Assembly: GCA_964016885.1 (NCBI GenBank)
Contig: OZ024744.1
Location: 46,500,001-46,564,000 of the forward strand
Origin: Eledone cirrhosa
Lineage: Eukaryota
Reading direction: 5' to 3'
Length of the DNA: 64,000 nt
Shown here: positions 1 through 10,896 of the stretch, one piece after another
Layout of the letters: each line of letters starts with the position of its first letter
How positions within the stretch are numbered: the first letter of the stretch is position 1
The notes under the pieces: generated by a model
What the model was told of the DNA's origin: nothing
Databases searched by the model: none
Seen by the model: the letters and a program-made list of their open reading frames with translations, nothing else
Made by a program: the position numbers and the translations under genes

Positions 1-11
1 AACTGAAAAGG
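1..11 (+). CDS. 3' end of a 60-nt repeat exon (..TEK)
   Basis: aactgaaaagg|gtaagt at the window start. Confidence 0.55.
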
Positions 12-119
12 GTAAGTTATAATTTGAACATCATCTAATATGTTATTCTGTAATTTATCCTTTCTCTATATATATAAATATATGTGTATGGAGGCACATG
101 GCTTAGTGGTTAAAGCATA

Positions 120-1999
120 CAGGTAATATATATTTACCTATGCAAATAAGTAATGGTATAAACAAAACATATACTTAGCTATCACATCAGGACGTAAAAT
201 ATCCACGTATAGATCGTACTATCCGTTAGGGTATAACGTGTGGCTGTAATACAGAAAGGTTTTGTGCAATTTATGTTTACAAGCCGAAATTGCCTCAGAT
301 TTTTTGTTTAAGATGTGGTCTGTGGCGTAGAGTATTTCCAGGGCCTCAGCGGCGCAGAGGTCACATGGTCTTTTATTTCCGTTATACGATCTAGCCCTAG
401 CTAGGATCTCCCAGTGTAACTTATATTGGGTGTGGTTGACTTTTAGACTCCAGATATAAGCTGAAAATGACGTCATATTCCTTCTTAGAGGGTAACTAAA
501 ATAATGATTATGCATGTAAAACGCTGCTTGAATCTATTGGCGGTTAACCCTATATAGGCCCTACGGGACGTGGGTGTTTCAACCTTACATTTGTAGAGAA
601 TGCTACTAGAGAGGCATTTCCCGGATAAGGGGCAATCAACCCGATTCCTACAATTACAGTTAGTACTAACTACAGGGTTGCACGTGTTCCTACGGCTAGG
701 TAGTTTAGCTAAATTTGAAGCTGTGATGTTATGTGCAAGTTTAGGAGTCGTAGAGTAAGAAATTTTAATAGTATTTCTATTAAAAATTTTACTATATTTA
801 TGTGTAGGGGGAAAATGCTTTGTAATAAGGGAAAGAAAGATCTTAGCTAATGTGACCACCTCCATATTATATGGTGGGTTATACCAACAAATGCGACGGG
901 ATCTATTTCTTCTAGGTCTATTTTCGTACTCTGTATATGCTACCTTATCGACAAATCCACTCCGATCAAGAGCTTCATTGTAATAAGTGGAATGGTCGTT
1001 GAAAATATGCTCGTTAGTAGATAGACGGGAAAGCCTCAACGAAACGTTTCTTACCAGGTTCTTGGTTATGCTGGCAGGATGGTTGGAATGCTTAATTATG
1101 TAATTAAGCGTATTATTCGGCTTTCTATATGGGTAATACAACCCATTCGATAAATTGAGGGTAACGTCGAGGTAATTAACGACCGAGAAATTGGCCTCAA
1201 CCTGTATAGAGAGGTTGAAGCCTTTAAAGAAGGCTGTGAGTTCTTTTCTGAACCTGTCGCAAGCATGAGGTCCGCACTTAGTCATGGTCAAAAGACCATC
1301 ATCACGGTACAAACGACCGCCCGCGTTGGGGAATTCGTCCTTGATAGAGAAAAGAAGGAAAAGGCCGATAAGATCAGTAACCTACGCAGAATCTCTGGCG
1401 CCCATACTCACGTCGAATGGGGTACTATTGGAGTTTTTAATCCAAATAGAGTCGTCGAAATTAATCACCGACTTACGGGCATTGAGGATGACATCAACTT
1501 CGAAATCCTTAACCACTGTGAGTGCTTTAGCGAAATTGATAGCTCTAAGGAGAAGTGGTAAAGTGATGGAGGAATAGTAATTGTTGATGTCGAATTGGAT
1601 AAAACGGCAATGTTCCTTGTTACATATGCCGTTGAACCAATCAATCACCGCGAAAGAATTATTCCACAGTGCAAGAGGGAACAACCTTCTAATTTCAGGT
1701 ATAATTCTATAAGGTACGTATATTTGAGTGTATATGTTATGGCGTATAATTTTATATATTCTGGTACATATGGTTTGGTTATGTGTATACGTGAGTTTTG
1801 CATCTGTGTGAGTATGCAGGTTCGTACGTATGTAGGGTGTGTGTATATTTGTACTTCATGTTTTGGTTAACTTACGTCTCCGAACATTTGTGTATTTACA
1901 TGTAGGTATGTGTGTGCGCTTGTTATATACGTATTTATTTATTTATATACGTTTATTTAATTATTTATTTGTATACACGCACGCACACACACACATGTT
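120..1999 (-). mobile_element. Penelope-like element 1 (Naiad-like), 5'-truncated and degenerate, inserted in a SINE head
   Basis: RT motifs FDINNYY, VSMGARDS, YRDDG; CNCRNRVDC linker; GIY-YIG (ILYKC..AYIG); CDLC; in-frame TAG at 1382-1384 and a frameshift near 515; 1685-1999 is probably an inverted pLTR piece. Confidence 0.9.
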
Positions 2000-2294
2000 T
2001 GAAAGGTTGTGAGTTAAATTCTCAGACCGGGTGATGTGTTGTTTCTTTGAGCAAGTCACTTTATTTCACATTACTCCAGTTTACTCAGCTGTAGAAATGA
2101 GATGATAGGGACTGCGGTCCCTAGCATTCCACTGCAAAGTGGTCGTGGAGGTGCCACGGCATAAAAGCACCCAGCACTCACTGAAAATGGGGTAGGTGTT
2201 AGGAAGGGCTTCCAGCTATAGAAATCAAGCCAGAATCAGTTCCCGTCCCACCCTTACAAGCAGGGAAAAAGCGGACGTAAAATGAAATGATGAT
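2000..2294 (+). mobile_element. tRNA-derived CORE-type SINE (head at 89-119, split by Penelope 1)
   Basis: CORE-like CTTTGAGCAAGTCACTT, RTE-type tail and (ATG)n. Confidence 0.8.
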
Positions 2295-2297
2295 ATA

Positions 2298-2368
<71 letters not shown>

Positions 2369-2520
2369 CGGTGACAGAAAGAGTTTGGTCCATTTGTGTT
2401 TGGACCTGGTGTATATATGTATATATCAGATATAATGAATCTAATAACTGTTTCCTGTATTTGTAATGTTATTTGTATATATACATGTAGGTTTACTATA
2501 ATTTTGTTTATATATTCTAG

Positions 2521-2580
2521 GTGCCCATCTTACAGTGTCCCCTCGCAATGCTTCAATGGAGCCAAAATCAACTGAAAAGC
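2521..2580 (+). CDS. 60-nt repeat exon AHLTVSPRNASMEPKSTEK
   Basis: tag|...|gtaagt, phase 1, open frame. Confidence 0.6.
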
Positions 2581-2824
2581 GTAAGTTATAATTTGAACAT
2601 CATCTAATAAGTTATTCAGTAATTTATCCTTTCTCTCTATATATAAATATATGTATATATATATATATATGCGAGGGAGAGAGGGAGTTTGTTCCAGTTG
2701 TGTTTGCACCTGGTGTATATATGTATATATCAGAGATAATGAATCTAATAACTGTTTCCTGTATTTGTAAATTTATTTGTAAATATACATGTAGGTTTAC
2801 TATGATTTTGTTTATAAATTCTAG

Positions 2825-2884
2825 GTGACCATATTACAGTGTCCCCTCGCATTGCTTCAATAGAGAAAAAATCAACTGAAAAGG
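2825..2884 (+). CDS. 60-nt repeat exon DHITVSPRIASIEKKSTEK
   Basis: tag|...|gtaagt. Confidence 0.6.
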
Positions 2885-2948
2885 GTAAGTTATAATTTGA
2901 ACATCATCTAATAAGTTATTCTGTAATTTATCCTTTATTTATTCTATA

Positions 2949-3027
<79 letters not shown>

Positions 3028-3032
3028 ATATA

Positions 3033-3885
3033 TGGCGTATAATTTTATATATTCTGCTACATATGGTTTGGTTATGTGTATACGGGAGTTTTGCATCTGT
3101 GTGAGTATGCAGGTTCGTACGTATGTAGGGTGTGTGTCTATTTGTACTTCATGTTTTGGTTGACTTACGTCTCCGAACATTTGTGTATTTACATGTGTGT
3201 ATGTGTGTGCGCTTGTTATATACGTATTTATTTATTTATATACGTTTATTAAATTATTTATTTGTTTACACTCACGCACGCACACACATGTTTGTATGTG
3301 AGTGGTTTTGTATGCCTATGGTGGGTGTTTTCGCGTATGCTTGTGTATGTACGTATTTGTATGCGTGTATGTATTTATTTAATTTCTATTACCTCTGTAT
3401 TGTATTTATTTACTTTGTTCTTAACTCTGAGGCGGAGATTCATTCGGTCTCATGGTCGGAATTTTAGTCTACGACTTCTGCTGTAACATTTGCGTTGTTT
3501 TGTCTTTGCGTGCAATTGTTCTCCACGATCTACATGTGGCGTGTTATCTTCGTTTTTTTCGTTCATTGCCAGAGAACGTCTCTATGAGCCACCTATGAGA
3601 ACATTAGTCTACGACCTCTTTTATACCATACACGTGGTTCTGTCTTTGCGAGTAATTGTTTTTCACCGCTCCTATTAATGACGTATTATATTCGTTTTTT
3701 ACCGTTCTTTGCCAGGGAGCGTTCCCGCGATCCAAAGTATCGTCTTCCTGTCTTCCTCCAGTTGCAACGTTTTTTTAAATATCCACTTCTGCGTTTACAT
3801 ATTGACTTTGTTAGTTTCAGAAGATCCCGTTACGGGTGAAAGCAGCGATTCTTTGCTTAAGTTTTAATCTGTTATTTTAATAAAT
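3033..3885 (+). mobile_element. Solo Penelope 3'UTR/pLTR-like fragment in (TA)n
   Basis: First ~260 bp match 1740-1999; ends in a hammerhead-like motif, AATAAA and (TA)n. Confidence 0.55.
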
Positions 3886-4054
3886 ATATATATATATATA
3901 TGCCAGCAACAGAGAGAGTTCGGTCCATTTGTGTTTGGACCGGTATATATATGTATATATCAGAGATAATGAAGGTAATAACTGTTCCCTGTATTTGTAA
4001 TGTTATTTGTATATATACATGTAGGTTTACTATAATTTTGTTTATATATTCTAG

Positions 4055-4114
4055 GTGACCATCTTAGAGTGTCCCCTCGCATTGCTTCAATAGAGACAAA
4101 ATCAACTGAAAAGG
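4055..4114 (+). CDS. 60-nt repeat exon DHLRVSPRIASIETKSTEK
   Basis: tag|...|gtaagt. Confidence 0.6.
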
Positions 4115-4191
4115 GTAAGTTATAATTTGAACATCATCTAATAAGTTATTCAGTAATTTATCTTTTCTCTATATATATAAATATATGTATA

Positions 4192-4537
4192 TGGAGGTAC
4201 ATGGCTTAGTGGTTAAAGCATCGGCCTTGCAGTCAAAAGGTGGTGAGTTCAATTCTCAGACCGGGTGATGTGTTGCTTCATTGATCAAGTCACTTTATTT
4301 CACATTGCTCGAGTTTACTCAGCTGTAGAAATGAGATGATAGGGAATGCGGTCCCTATCATTCCTCTGCAAAATGGTCGTGGAGGTGCCACAGGCATAAA
4401 AGCACCCAGCACTCACTGTAAATGATGTTGGTGTTAGGAAGGGCATCCAGCTATAGAAATCAAGCCAGAATCAGTTCCCGTCCCACCCTTGCAAGCAGGG
4501 AAAAAGCGGACGTAAAATGAAATGATGATGATGATGA

Positions 4538-4540
<3 letters not shown>
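4192..4540 (+). mobile_element. tRNA-derived CORE-type SINE with RTE tail
   Basis: A box TGGCTTAGTGG, B box GAGTTCAATTC, CORE-like block, tail CCCTTGCAAGCAGGGAAAAAGCGGACGTAAAATG(ATG)n. Confidence 0.85.
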
Positions 4541-4579
<39 letters not shown>

Positions 4580-4731
4580 CGGTGAAAGAGGGAGTTTGGT
4601 CCATTTATGTTTGGACCTGGTGTATATATGTATATATCAGAGATAATGAATCTAAAAACTGTTTCCTGTATTTGTAATTTTATTTGTATATATACATGTA
4701 GGTTTACTATGATTTTGTTTATATAGTCTAG

Positions 4732-4791
4732 GTGACCATATTACAGTGTCCCCTCGCATTGCTTCAACAGAGCCAAGATCAACTGAACAGG
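4732..4791 (+). CDS. 60-nt repeat exon DHITVSPRIASTEPRSTEQ
   Basis: tag|...|gtgagt; an extra AG lies 5 nt upstream of the acceptor. Confidence 0.55.
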
Positions 4792-5041
4792 GTGAGTTAT
4801 AATTTGAAAATCTCCTATTAAGTTATTCAGTAATTTATACTTTCACTCTCTATATAAATATATGTATATATATATAAATATACATATTCGGGGGACAGAG
4901 GGAGTTTGGTCCACTTGTGTCTGGACCTGGTGTATATATGTATATATCAGAGATAATGAATCTAATAACTGTTTCCTGTATTTGTAATGTTATTTGTATA
5001 TATACATGTAGGTTTACTATGATTTTGTTTATATATTCTAG

Positions 5042-5101
5042 GTGACCATCTTAGAGTGTCCCCTCGCAATGCTTCAATGGAGCCAAAATCAACTAAAAAG
5101 A
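5042..5101 (+). pseudogene. Repeat exon with dead donor (DHLRVSPRNASMEPKSTKK)
   Basis: Donor reads ATAAGT instead of GTAAGT. Confidence 0.55.
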
Positions 5102-5178
5102 ATAAGTTATAATTGTAACATCATCTAATAAGTTATTCAGTAATTTATCCTTTCTCTCTATATATAAATATATGTATA

Positions 5179-5526
5179 TGGAGGTACATGGCTTAGTGGT
5201 TAAAGCATCGGCCTTGCAGTCAAAAGGTGGTGAGTTCAATTCTCAGACCGGGTGATGTGTTGCTTCATTGATCAAGTCACTTTATTTCACATTGCTCGAG
5301 TTTACTCAGCTGTAGAAATGAGATGATAGGGAATGCGGTCCCTATCATTCCTCTGCAAAATGGTCGTGGAGGTGCCACAGGCATAAAAGCACCCAGCACT
5401 CACTGTAAATGATGTTGGTGTTAGGAAGGGCATCCAGCTATAGAAATCAAGCCAGAATCAGTTCCCGTCCCACCCTTGCAAGCAGGGAAAAAGCGGACGT
5501 AAAATGAAATGATGATGATGATGATG

Positions 5527-5527
<1 letters not shown>
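5179..5527 (+). mobile_element. CORE-type SINE
   Basis: Near-identical to 4192-4540. Confidence 0.85.
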
Positions 5528-5557
<30 letters not shown>

Positions 5558-5824
5558 TATGCATACTCCAGTCCCACAAACTGTAGAGTGCTTCTTATCT
5601 GATATCTGCATTGCTTTATTGTACTACAATAAAACTCACCTCCTACATATATATATATATATATATATATTCCGGTGAAAGAGGGAGTTTGGTCCATTTA
5701 TGTTTGGACCTGGTGTATATATGTATATATCAGAGATAATGAATCTAAAAACTGTTTCCTGTATTTGTAATTTTATTTGTATATATACATGTAGGTTTAC
5801 TATGATTTTGTTTATATAGTCTAG

Positions 5825-5884
5825 GTGACCATATTACAGTGTCCCCTCGCATTGCTTCAACAGAGCCAAGATCAACTGAACAGG
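5825..5884 (+). CDS. 60-nt repeat exon DHITVSPRIASTEPRSTEQ
   Basis: tag|...|gtgagt; duplicate of the 4732 copy. Confidence 0.55.
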
Positions 5885-6134
5885 GTGAGTTATAATTTGA
5901 AAATCTCCTATTAAGTTATTCAGTAATTTATACTTTCACTCTCTATATAAATATATGTATATATATATAAATATACATATTCGGGGGACAGAGGGAGTTT
6001 GGTCCACTTGTGTCTGGACCTGGTGTATATATGTATATATCAGAGATAATGAATCTAATAACTGTTTCCTGTATTTGTAATGTTATTTGTATATATACAT
6101 GTAGGTTTACTATGATTTTGTTTATATATTCTAG

Positions 6135-6194
6135 GTGACCATCTTAGAGTGTCCCCTCGCAATGCTTCAATGGAGCCAAAATCAACTAAAAAGA
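6135..6194 (+). pseudogene. Repeat exon with dead donor
   Basis: Donor ATAAGT; duplicate of the 5042 copy. Confidence 0.55.
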
Positions 6195-6271
6195 ATAAGT
6201 TATAATTTGAACATCATCTAATAAGTTATTCAGTAATTTATCCTTTCTCTCGAAATATAAATATATGTATA

Positions 6272-6547
6272 TGGAGGCACATAGCTTAGTGGTTAGAGCA
6301 TTGGCCTTGCAATTGAGAGGTTGTGAGTTAAATTCTCAGACCGGGTGATGTGTTGTTTCCTTGAGCAAGTCACTTTGTCACATTGCTCCAGTTTACTCAG
6401 CTGTAGAAATGAGATGATAGAGACTGCGGTCCCTATCATTCCGCTGCAAAGTGGTCGTGGAGGTGCCACAGCATAAAAGCATCCAGCACTCACTGTAAAT
6501 GATGTTGGTGTTAGGAAGGGCATCCAGCTATAGAAATCAAGCCAGAA
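6272..6547 (+). mobile_element. CORE-type SINE, 5' part (tail resumes ~8862-8940 after an RTE insertion)
   Basis: SINE sequence breaks at GCCAGAA. Confidence 0.8.
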
Positions 6548-8861
6548 GTGTGTGCTTAACGATGATGGCAAACTTGCCATCACCGACGCTGATAAGAAGG
6601 TAGCTTGGAAGTGTCACTACGAAAGGCTTCTAAATGAGGCGAATAAATGGGAGAACGACAGTCTCCCCCACATCGACCCAATCGAGGGACCAGCAGTGTT
6701 AGTCCAGGGTAGTACAATAAGCAAGGCAATCAAAGATATGAAGACGGGTAAGGCGGCTGGTCCTTCGGAAATAGTTGCTGAGATGCTGAAGGCATCTGGT
6801 TCGGTGGGACACACCATGGTCACCCGGATAGTTAACCAAGTCGTACAGAATGGGGTTGTTCCGAAGGACTGGCGTAGCAGCATCATCGTTAACTGCTATA
6901 AGGGAAAAGGAGATGCCCTAGATAGGAGTAACTATAGAGGCATTAAATTAATCGACCAGGTCATGAAGGTCACGGAAAAAGTAATAGGCCAACTAATCAG
7001 AGAGAGAATTGATCTAGATGAAATGCAGTTCGGATTTGTGTCAGGCAAAAGTACCACAGACGCTCTTTTCATTGTACGACAACTACAGGAGAAGTACCTA
7101 GCTAAAAGTAAACCCCTATACTTAGCTTTCGTCGACTTGGAGAAAGCCTTCGACAGAGTCCCCCGTTCCATTATCTGGTGGTCTCTTAGAAAACTAGGTG
7201 TTGACGAATGGCTTGTGAGAGCTATACAAGCCATGTATAAAGAAACAGTCAGTAAGGTTAGAATTAACAACGAATATAGTGAAGAGTTTAGCGTAAAAGT
7301 TGGTGTCCATCAGGGCTCTGTTCTTAGCCCCCTACTATTTATTATTGCCCTTCAGGCTATAACAGAGGAGTTCAAGACCGGCTGCCCATGGGAACTCCTA
7401 TACGCAGATGATCTAACGCTCATAGCTGAATCAATGACCGAACTAGAGAAGAAATTCCAAACATGGAAGCACGGCCTAGAATCAAAAGGCCTTAAAATTA
7501 ACCTGGCTAAGACTAAAGTTCTAGTTTGTAGGAAAGAAAATAAGGCGGCAGTCCCATCTGGGAAATGGCCATGCTCAGTGTGTAGGAAAGGCGTAGGTAG
7601 AAACTCCATTTTATGTCCCAAATGCAAAGTATGGGTGCATAAAAGATGTAGTGGGATCACAGGTAAGCTAACTAAGAACATAGATTTTACATGTGGCCGG
7701 TGCTCTGGTGCAATAAGTAGCGGCAAGTGCCCACAAAATACTAGCTCCTTCAACTGCGCAGAGGGTTCTATAGAAATAGTGGACAGCTTCCGTTACCTGG
7801 GTGACAAAATCAGCAGTGGGGGAGGGTGCTCTGAAAGTACAGTAGCTAGAGTCAGAACTGGATGGAAAAAGTTCAGAGAGCTTATACCACTATTAGCCGC
7901 TAGAGGGTTCTCCCTAAAAATGAAAGGCAGGTTATACGATGCCTGCATACGAACAGCAATGCTGCATGGCAGTGAGACCTGGGCATTGTGTGCAGAGGAT
8001 ATACGCAGACTAGAGAGGAACGAAGCTTGCATGCTCCGCTGGATGTGCAATAGTAATATACGTGAACGGCAAAGCATAAACGAACTAAGGAAAAAATTAG
8101 AAATAAGAGGGATCAGATGTTGTTTACTCGAGAGAAGGCTACGTTGGTACGGTCACGTGATGCGCATGAAAGACGACAGTTGTATAACAAAGTGCAGGGC
8201 AATAAAGATAGACAGTAGCCACGGAGTAGGCAGACCCACAAAAACATGGGACGAGCTGATAAATTCCGACCTCACACGCTTACACCTCTCCAAGACAATG
8301 TCACTGGAAAGAGACCTTTGGCGGTACTCAGTAATAGAGAAGACCCGCCTTACCTAAATACAAAGTAAAAACCTACTACAGTCAGTAGGCATCTCTATCA
8401 AAACACCCCCCCGTCCCACCACCTCCACCCCATCCACACCGCCCCTTTCAATATACAGTTATGTTGGTCCCACAACATCCAGGCCGAAACAAATGAGATC
8501 GTGTAGGTGTCACGACAAAAAACACACAGTCCACGCTGTAAATGTGGCCGTGTAGGCAACACGGTAAAAACCTCCCAGCCCCACACTGTAAATGTGGTTG
8601 GTGTTAGGAAGGGCATCCAGCTGTAGAAAACCCGCCAGACAGTCCACGCTGTAATGTGGCCGTGTAGGCAACACGGTAAAAACCTCCCAGCCCCACACTG
8701 TAAATGTGGTTGGTGTTATGAAGGGCATCCAACTGTAGAAAACCCGCCAGACAGTCCTATGCAAGCAAGACAACCACTCTTGCCTCAAGTGGGAAAACCC
8801 CCGTCCAAACCCATGCAAGCGTGGAACACGGACGCTAAACCTGATGATGATGATGATGATG
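6548..8861 (+). mobile_element. RTE-clade LINE family A, 5'-truncated
   Basis: Open RT ORF, 3'UTR with a ~120-bp internal duplication, (ATG)n tail. Confidence 0.95.
6552..8357 (+). CDS. RTE ORF2 fragment: reverse transcriptase plus PHD-like finger (601 aa, open)
   Basis: NYRGIKL, FVDLEKAFDRV, GVHQGSVLSP, YADD, CSVC..CPKC..HKRC..CGRC, RRLRWYGHV. Confidence 0.9.
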   Translation: MLNDDGKLAITDADKKVAWKCHYERLLNEANKWENDSLPHIDPIEGPAVLVQGSTISKAIKDMKTGKAAGPSEIVAEMLKASGSVGHTMVTRIVNQVVQNGVVPKDWRSSIIVNCYKGKGDALDRSNYRGIKLIDQVMKVTEKVIGQLIRERIDLDEMQFGFVSGKSTTDALFIVRQLQEKYLAKSKPLYLAFVDLEKAFDRVPRSIIWWSLRKLGVDEWLVRAIQAMYKETVSKVRINNEYSEEFSVKVGVHQGSVLSPLLFIIALQAITEEFKTGCPWELLYADDLTLIAESMTELEKKFQTWKHGLESKGLKINLAKTKVLVCRKENKAAVPSGKWPCSVCRKGVGRNSILCPKCKVWVHKRCSGITGKLTKNIDFTCGRCSGAISSGKCPQNTSSFNCAEGSIEIVDSFRYLGDKISSGGGCSESTVARVRTGWKKFRELIPLLAARGFSLKMKGRLYDACIRTAMLHGSETWALCAEDIRRLERNEACMLRWMCNSNIRERQSINELRKKLEIRGIRCCLLERRLRWYGHVMRMKDDSCITKCRAIKIDSSHGVGRPTKTWDELINSDLTRLHLSKTMSLERDLWRYSVIEKTRLT

Positions 8862-8967
8862 AATAAGTTCCTGTCCCACCCTTGCAAGCAGGGAAAAAGC
8901 GGACGTAAAATAAAATGATGATGCTGATGAAATGATGATATAAACATATATATATATATATATATAT

Positions 8968-9262
8968 AAAGTTATGTTGGTGCCGCGCCATCGAGGCCGA
9001 AACAAATGAGATCGTGTAGGTGTCACGACAAAAAAACACACAGTCCACGCTGTAATGTGGCCGTGTAGGCAACACGGTAAAAACCTCCCAGACCCACACT
9101 GTAAATGTGGTTGGTGTTAGGAAGGGCATCCAACTGTAGAAAACCTGCCAGACAGTCCTATGCGAGCAAGACAATCACTCTTGCCTCAAGTGGGACTACC
9201 CCCGTCCAAACCCATGCAAGCGTGGAACACGGACGTTAAACGTTGATGATGATGATGATGAT
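8968..9262 (+). mobile_element. RTE-A 3'UTR-only copy
   Basis: Matches the RTE-A 3'UTR at 8458-8861, (ATG)n tail. Confidence 0.8.
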
Positions 9263-9424
9263 ATATATATTCCGGTGAAAGAGGGAGTTTGGTCCATTTA
9301 TGTTTGGACCTGGTGTATATATGTATATATCAGAGATAATGAAACTAATAACTGTTTCCTGTATTTGTAAATTTATTTGTATATATACATGTAGGTTTAC
9401 TATGATTTTGTTTATATATTCTAG

Positions 9425-9484
9425 GTGACCATCTTATAGTGTCCCCTCGCATTGCTTCAATGGAGCCAAAATCAACTAAAAAGA
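9425..9484 (+). CDS. 60-nt repeat exon DHLIVSPRIASMEPKSTKK
   Basis: tag|...|gtaagt. Confidence 0.6.
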
Positions 9485-9562
9485 GTAAGTTATAATTTGA
9501 ACATCATCTAATAAGTTATTCAGTAATTTATCCTTTCTCTCTATATATAAATATATGTATAT

Positions 9563-9904
9563 GGAGGCACATGGCTTAGTGGTTAGAGCATTGGCCTTGC
9601 AATTGAGAGGTTGTGAGTTAAATTCTCAGACCGGTTGATGTGTTGCAAGTCATTTATTTCACATTGCTCCAGTTTACTCAGCTGTAGAAATGAGATGATA
9701 GAGACTGCGGTGCCTAGCATTCCACTGCAAAGTGGTCGTGGAGGTGCCACGGCATAAAAGCACCCAGCACTCACTGTAAATGAGGTTGGTGTTAGGAAGG
9801 GCATCCAACTATAGAAATCAAGCCATAATCAGTTCCAGTCCCACACTTGCAAGCAGGGAAAAAGCGGACGTAAAATGAAATAATGATGATAATGAAATGA
9901 TGAT
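9563..9904 (+). mobile_element. CORE-type SINE
   Basis: Same family as 4192-4540. Confidence 0.85.
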
Positions 9905-10088
9905 ATACATATATATATATTTATATATATATATTCCGGTGACAGAGGGAGTTTGGTCCTTTTATGTTTGAACCTGGTGTATATATGTATATATCAGAGA
10001 CAATGAATCTCATAACTGTTTCCTGTATTTGTAAATTTAATTGTATATATACATGTAGGTTTACTATGAATTTGTTTATATATTCTAG

Positions 10089-10148
10089 GTGACCTTTTTA
10101 CAGAGGCCCCTCCCAAAGATTCAATGGAGCCAAAATCAACTAAAAGGG
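10089..10148 (+). CDS. 60-nt repeat exon DLFTEAPPKDSMEPKSTKR
   Basis: tag|...|gtaagt. Confidence 0.6.
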
Positions 10149-10395
10149 GTAAGTTATAATTTGAACATCATCTAATAAGTTATTCAGTAATTTATCCTTT
10201 CTCTATATATATATAAATATATGTATATATATATATATATGCGAGGGACAGAAGGAGTTTGGTCCAGTTGTGTTTGCACCTGGTGTATATATGTATATAT
10301 CAGAGATAATGAATCTAATAACTGTTTCCCTGTATTTGTAATGTTATTTGTATATATACATGTAGGTTTACTATGATTTTGTTTATATATTCTAG

Positions 10396-10455
10396 GTGAC
10401 AATATTATAGTGTCCCCTCGCATTGCTTCAATGGAGCCAAGATCAACTGAAAAGT
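10396..10455 (+). CDS. 60-nt repeat exon DNIIVSPRIASMEPRSTEK
   Basis: tag|...|gtgagt. Confidence 0.6.
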
Positions 10456-10532
10456 GTGAGTTATAATTTGAACATCATCTAATAAGTTATTCAGTAATAT
10501 ATCCTTTCTCTCTATATATAAATATATGTATA

Positions 10533-10885
10533 TGGAGGCACATGGCTTAGTGGTTAGAGCATTGGGCTTGCAATTGAAAGGTTGTGAGTTAAATTCTCAG
10601 ACCGGGTGATGTGTTGTTTCCTTGAGCAAGTCACTTTATGTCACATTGCTCCAGTTTACTCAGCTGTAGAAATGAGATGATAGGTTCTGCGGTCCCTAAC
10701 ATTCCACTGCAAAGTGGTCGTGGAGGTACCACGGCATAAAAGCACCCAGCACTCACTGTAAATGGGGTTGTTGTTAGGAAGGGCATCCAGCAATAGAAAT
10801 CAAGCCAGAATCAGTTCCCGTCCCACACTTGCAATCAGGGAAAAAGCGGATGTAAAATGAAATAATGATGTTGATGAAATATTGA
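10533..10885 (+). mobile_element. CORE-type SINE
   Basis: Same family. Confidence 0.85.
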
Positions 10886-10896
10886 TATACATATAT

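Noticed and set aside
1382-1384. In-frame stop in a Naiad-like ORF as possible selenocysteine recoding
   Set aside because: The codon is TAG at a position that is Gln in element 2, and the stop in element 3 is TAA; neither is UGA at a Cys position
4192-4265. tRNA genes
   Set aside because: A/B boxes belong to SINE heads that run into CORE and LINE-tail sequence; no clean cloverleaf
6617-8077. Antisense ORFs over RTE copies
   Set aside because: Shadow frames of the RT ORF
8482-8493. GGCCGAAAC in the RTE 3'UTR as a hammerhead half
   Set aside because: No CTGANGA partner or matching stems nearby
10184-10423. Minus-strand ORFs MRGDT.. in the repeat unit and the many YIYI/CVCV/ERER ORFs
   Set aside because: Antisense or microsatellite translations with inconsistent lengths between copies
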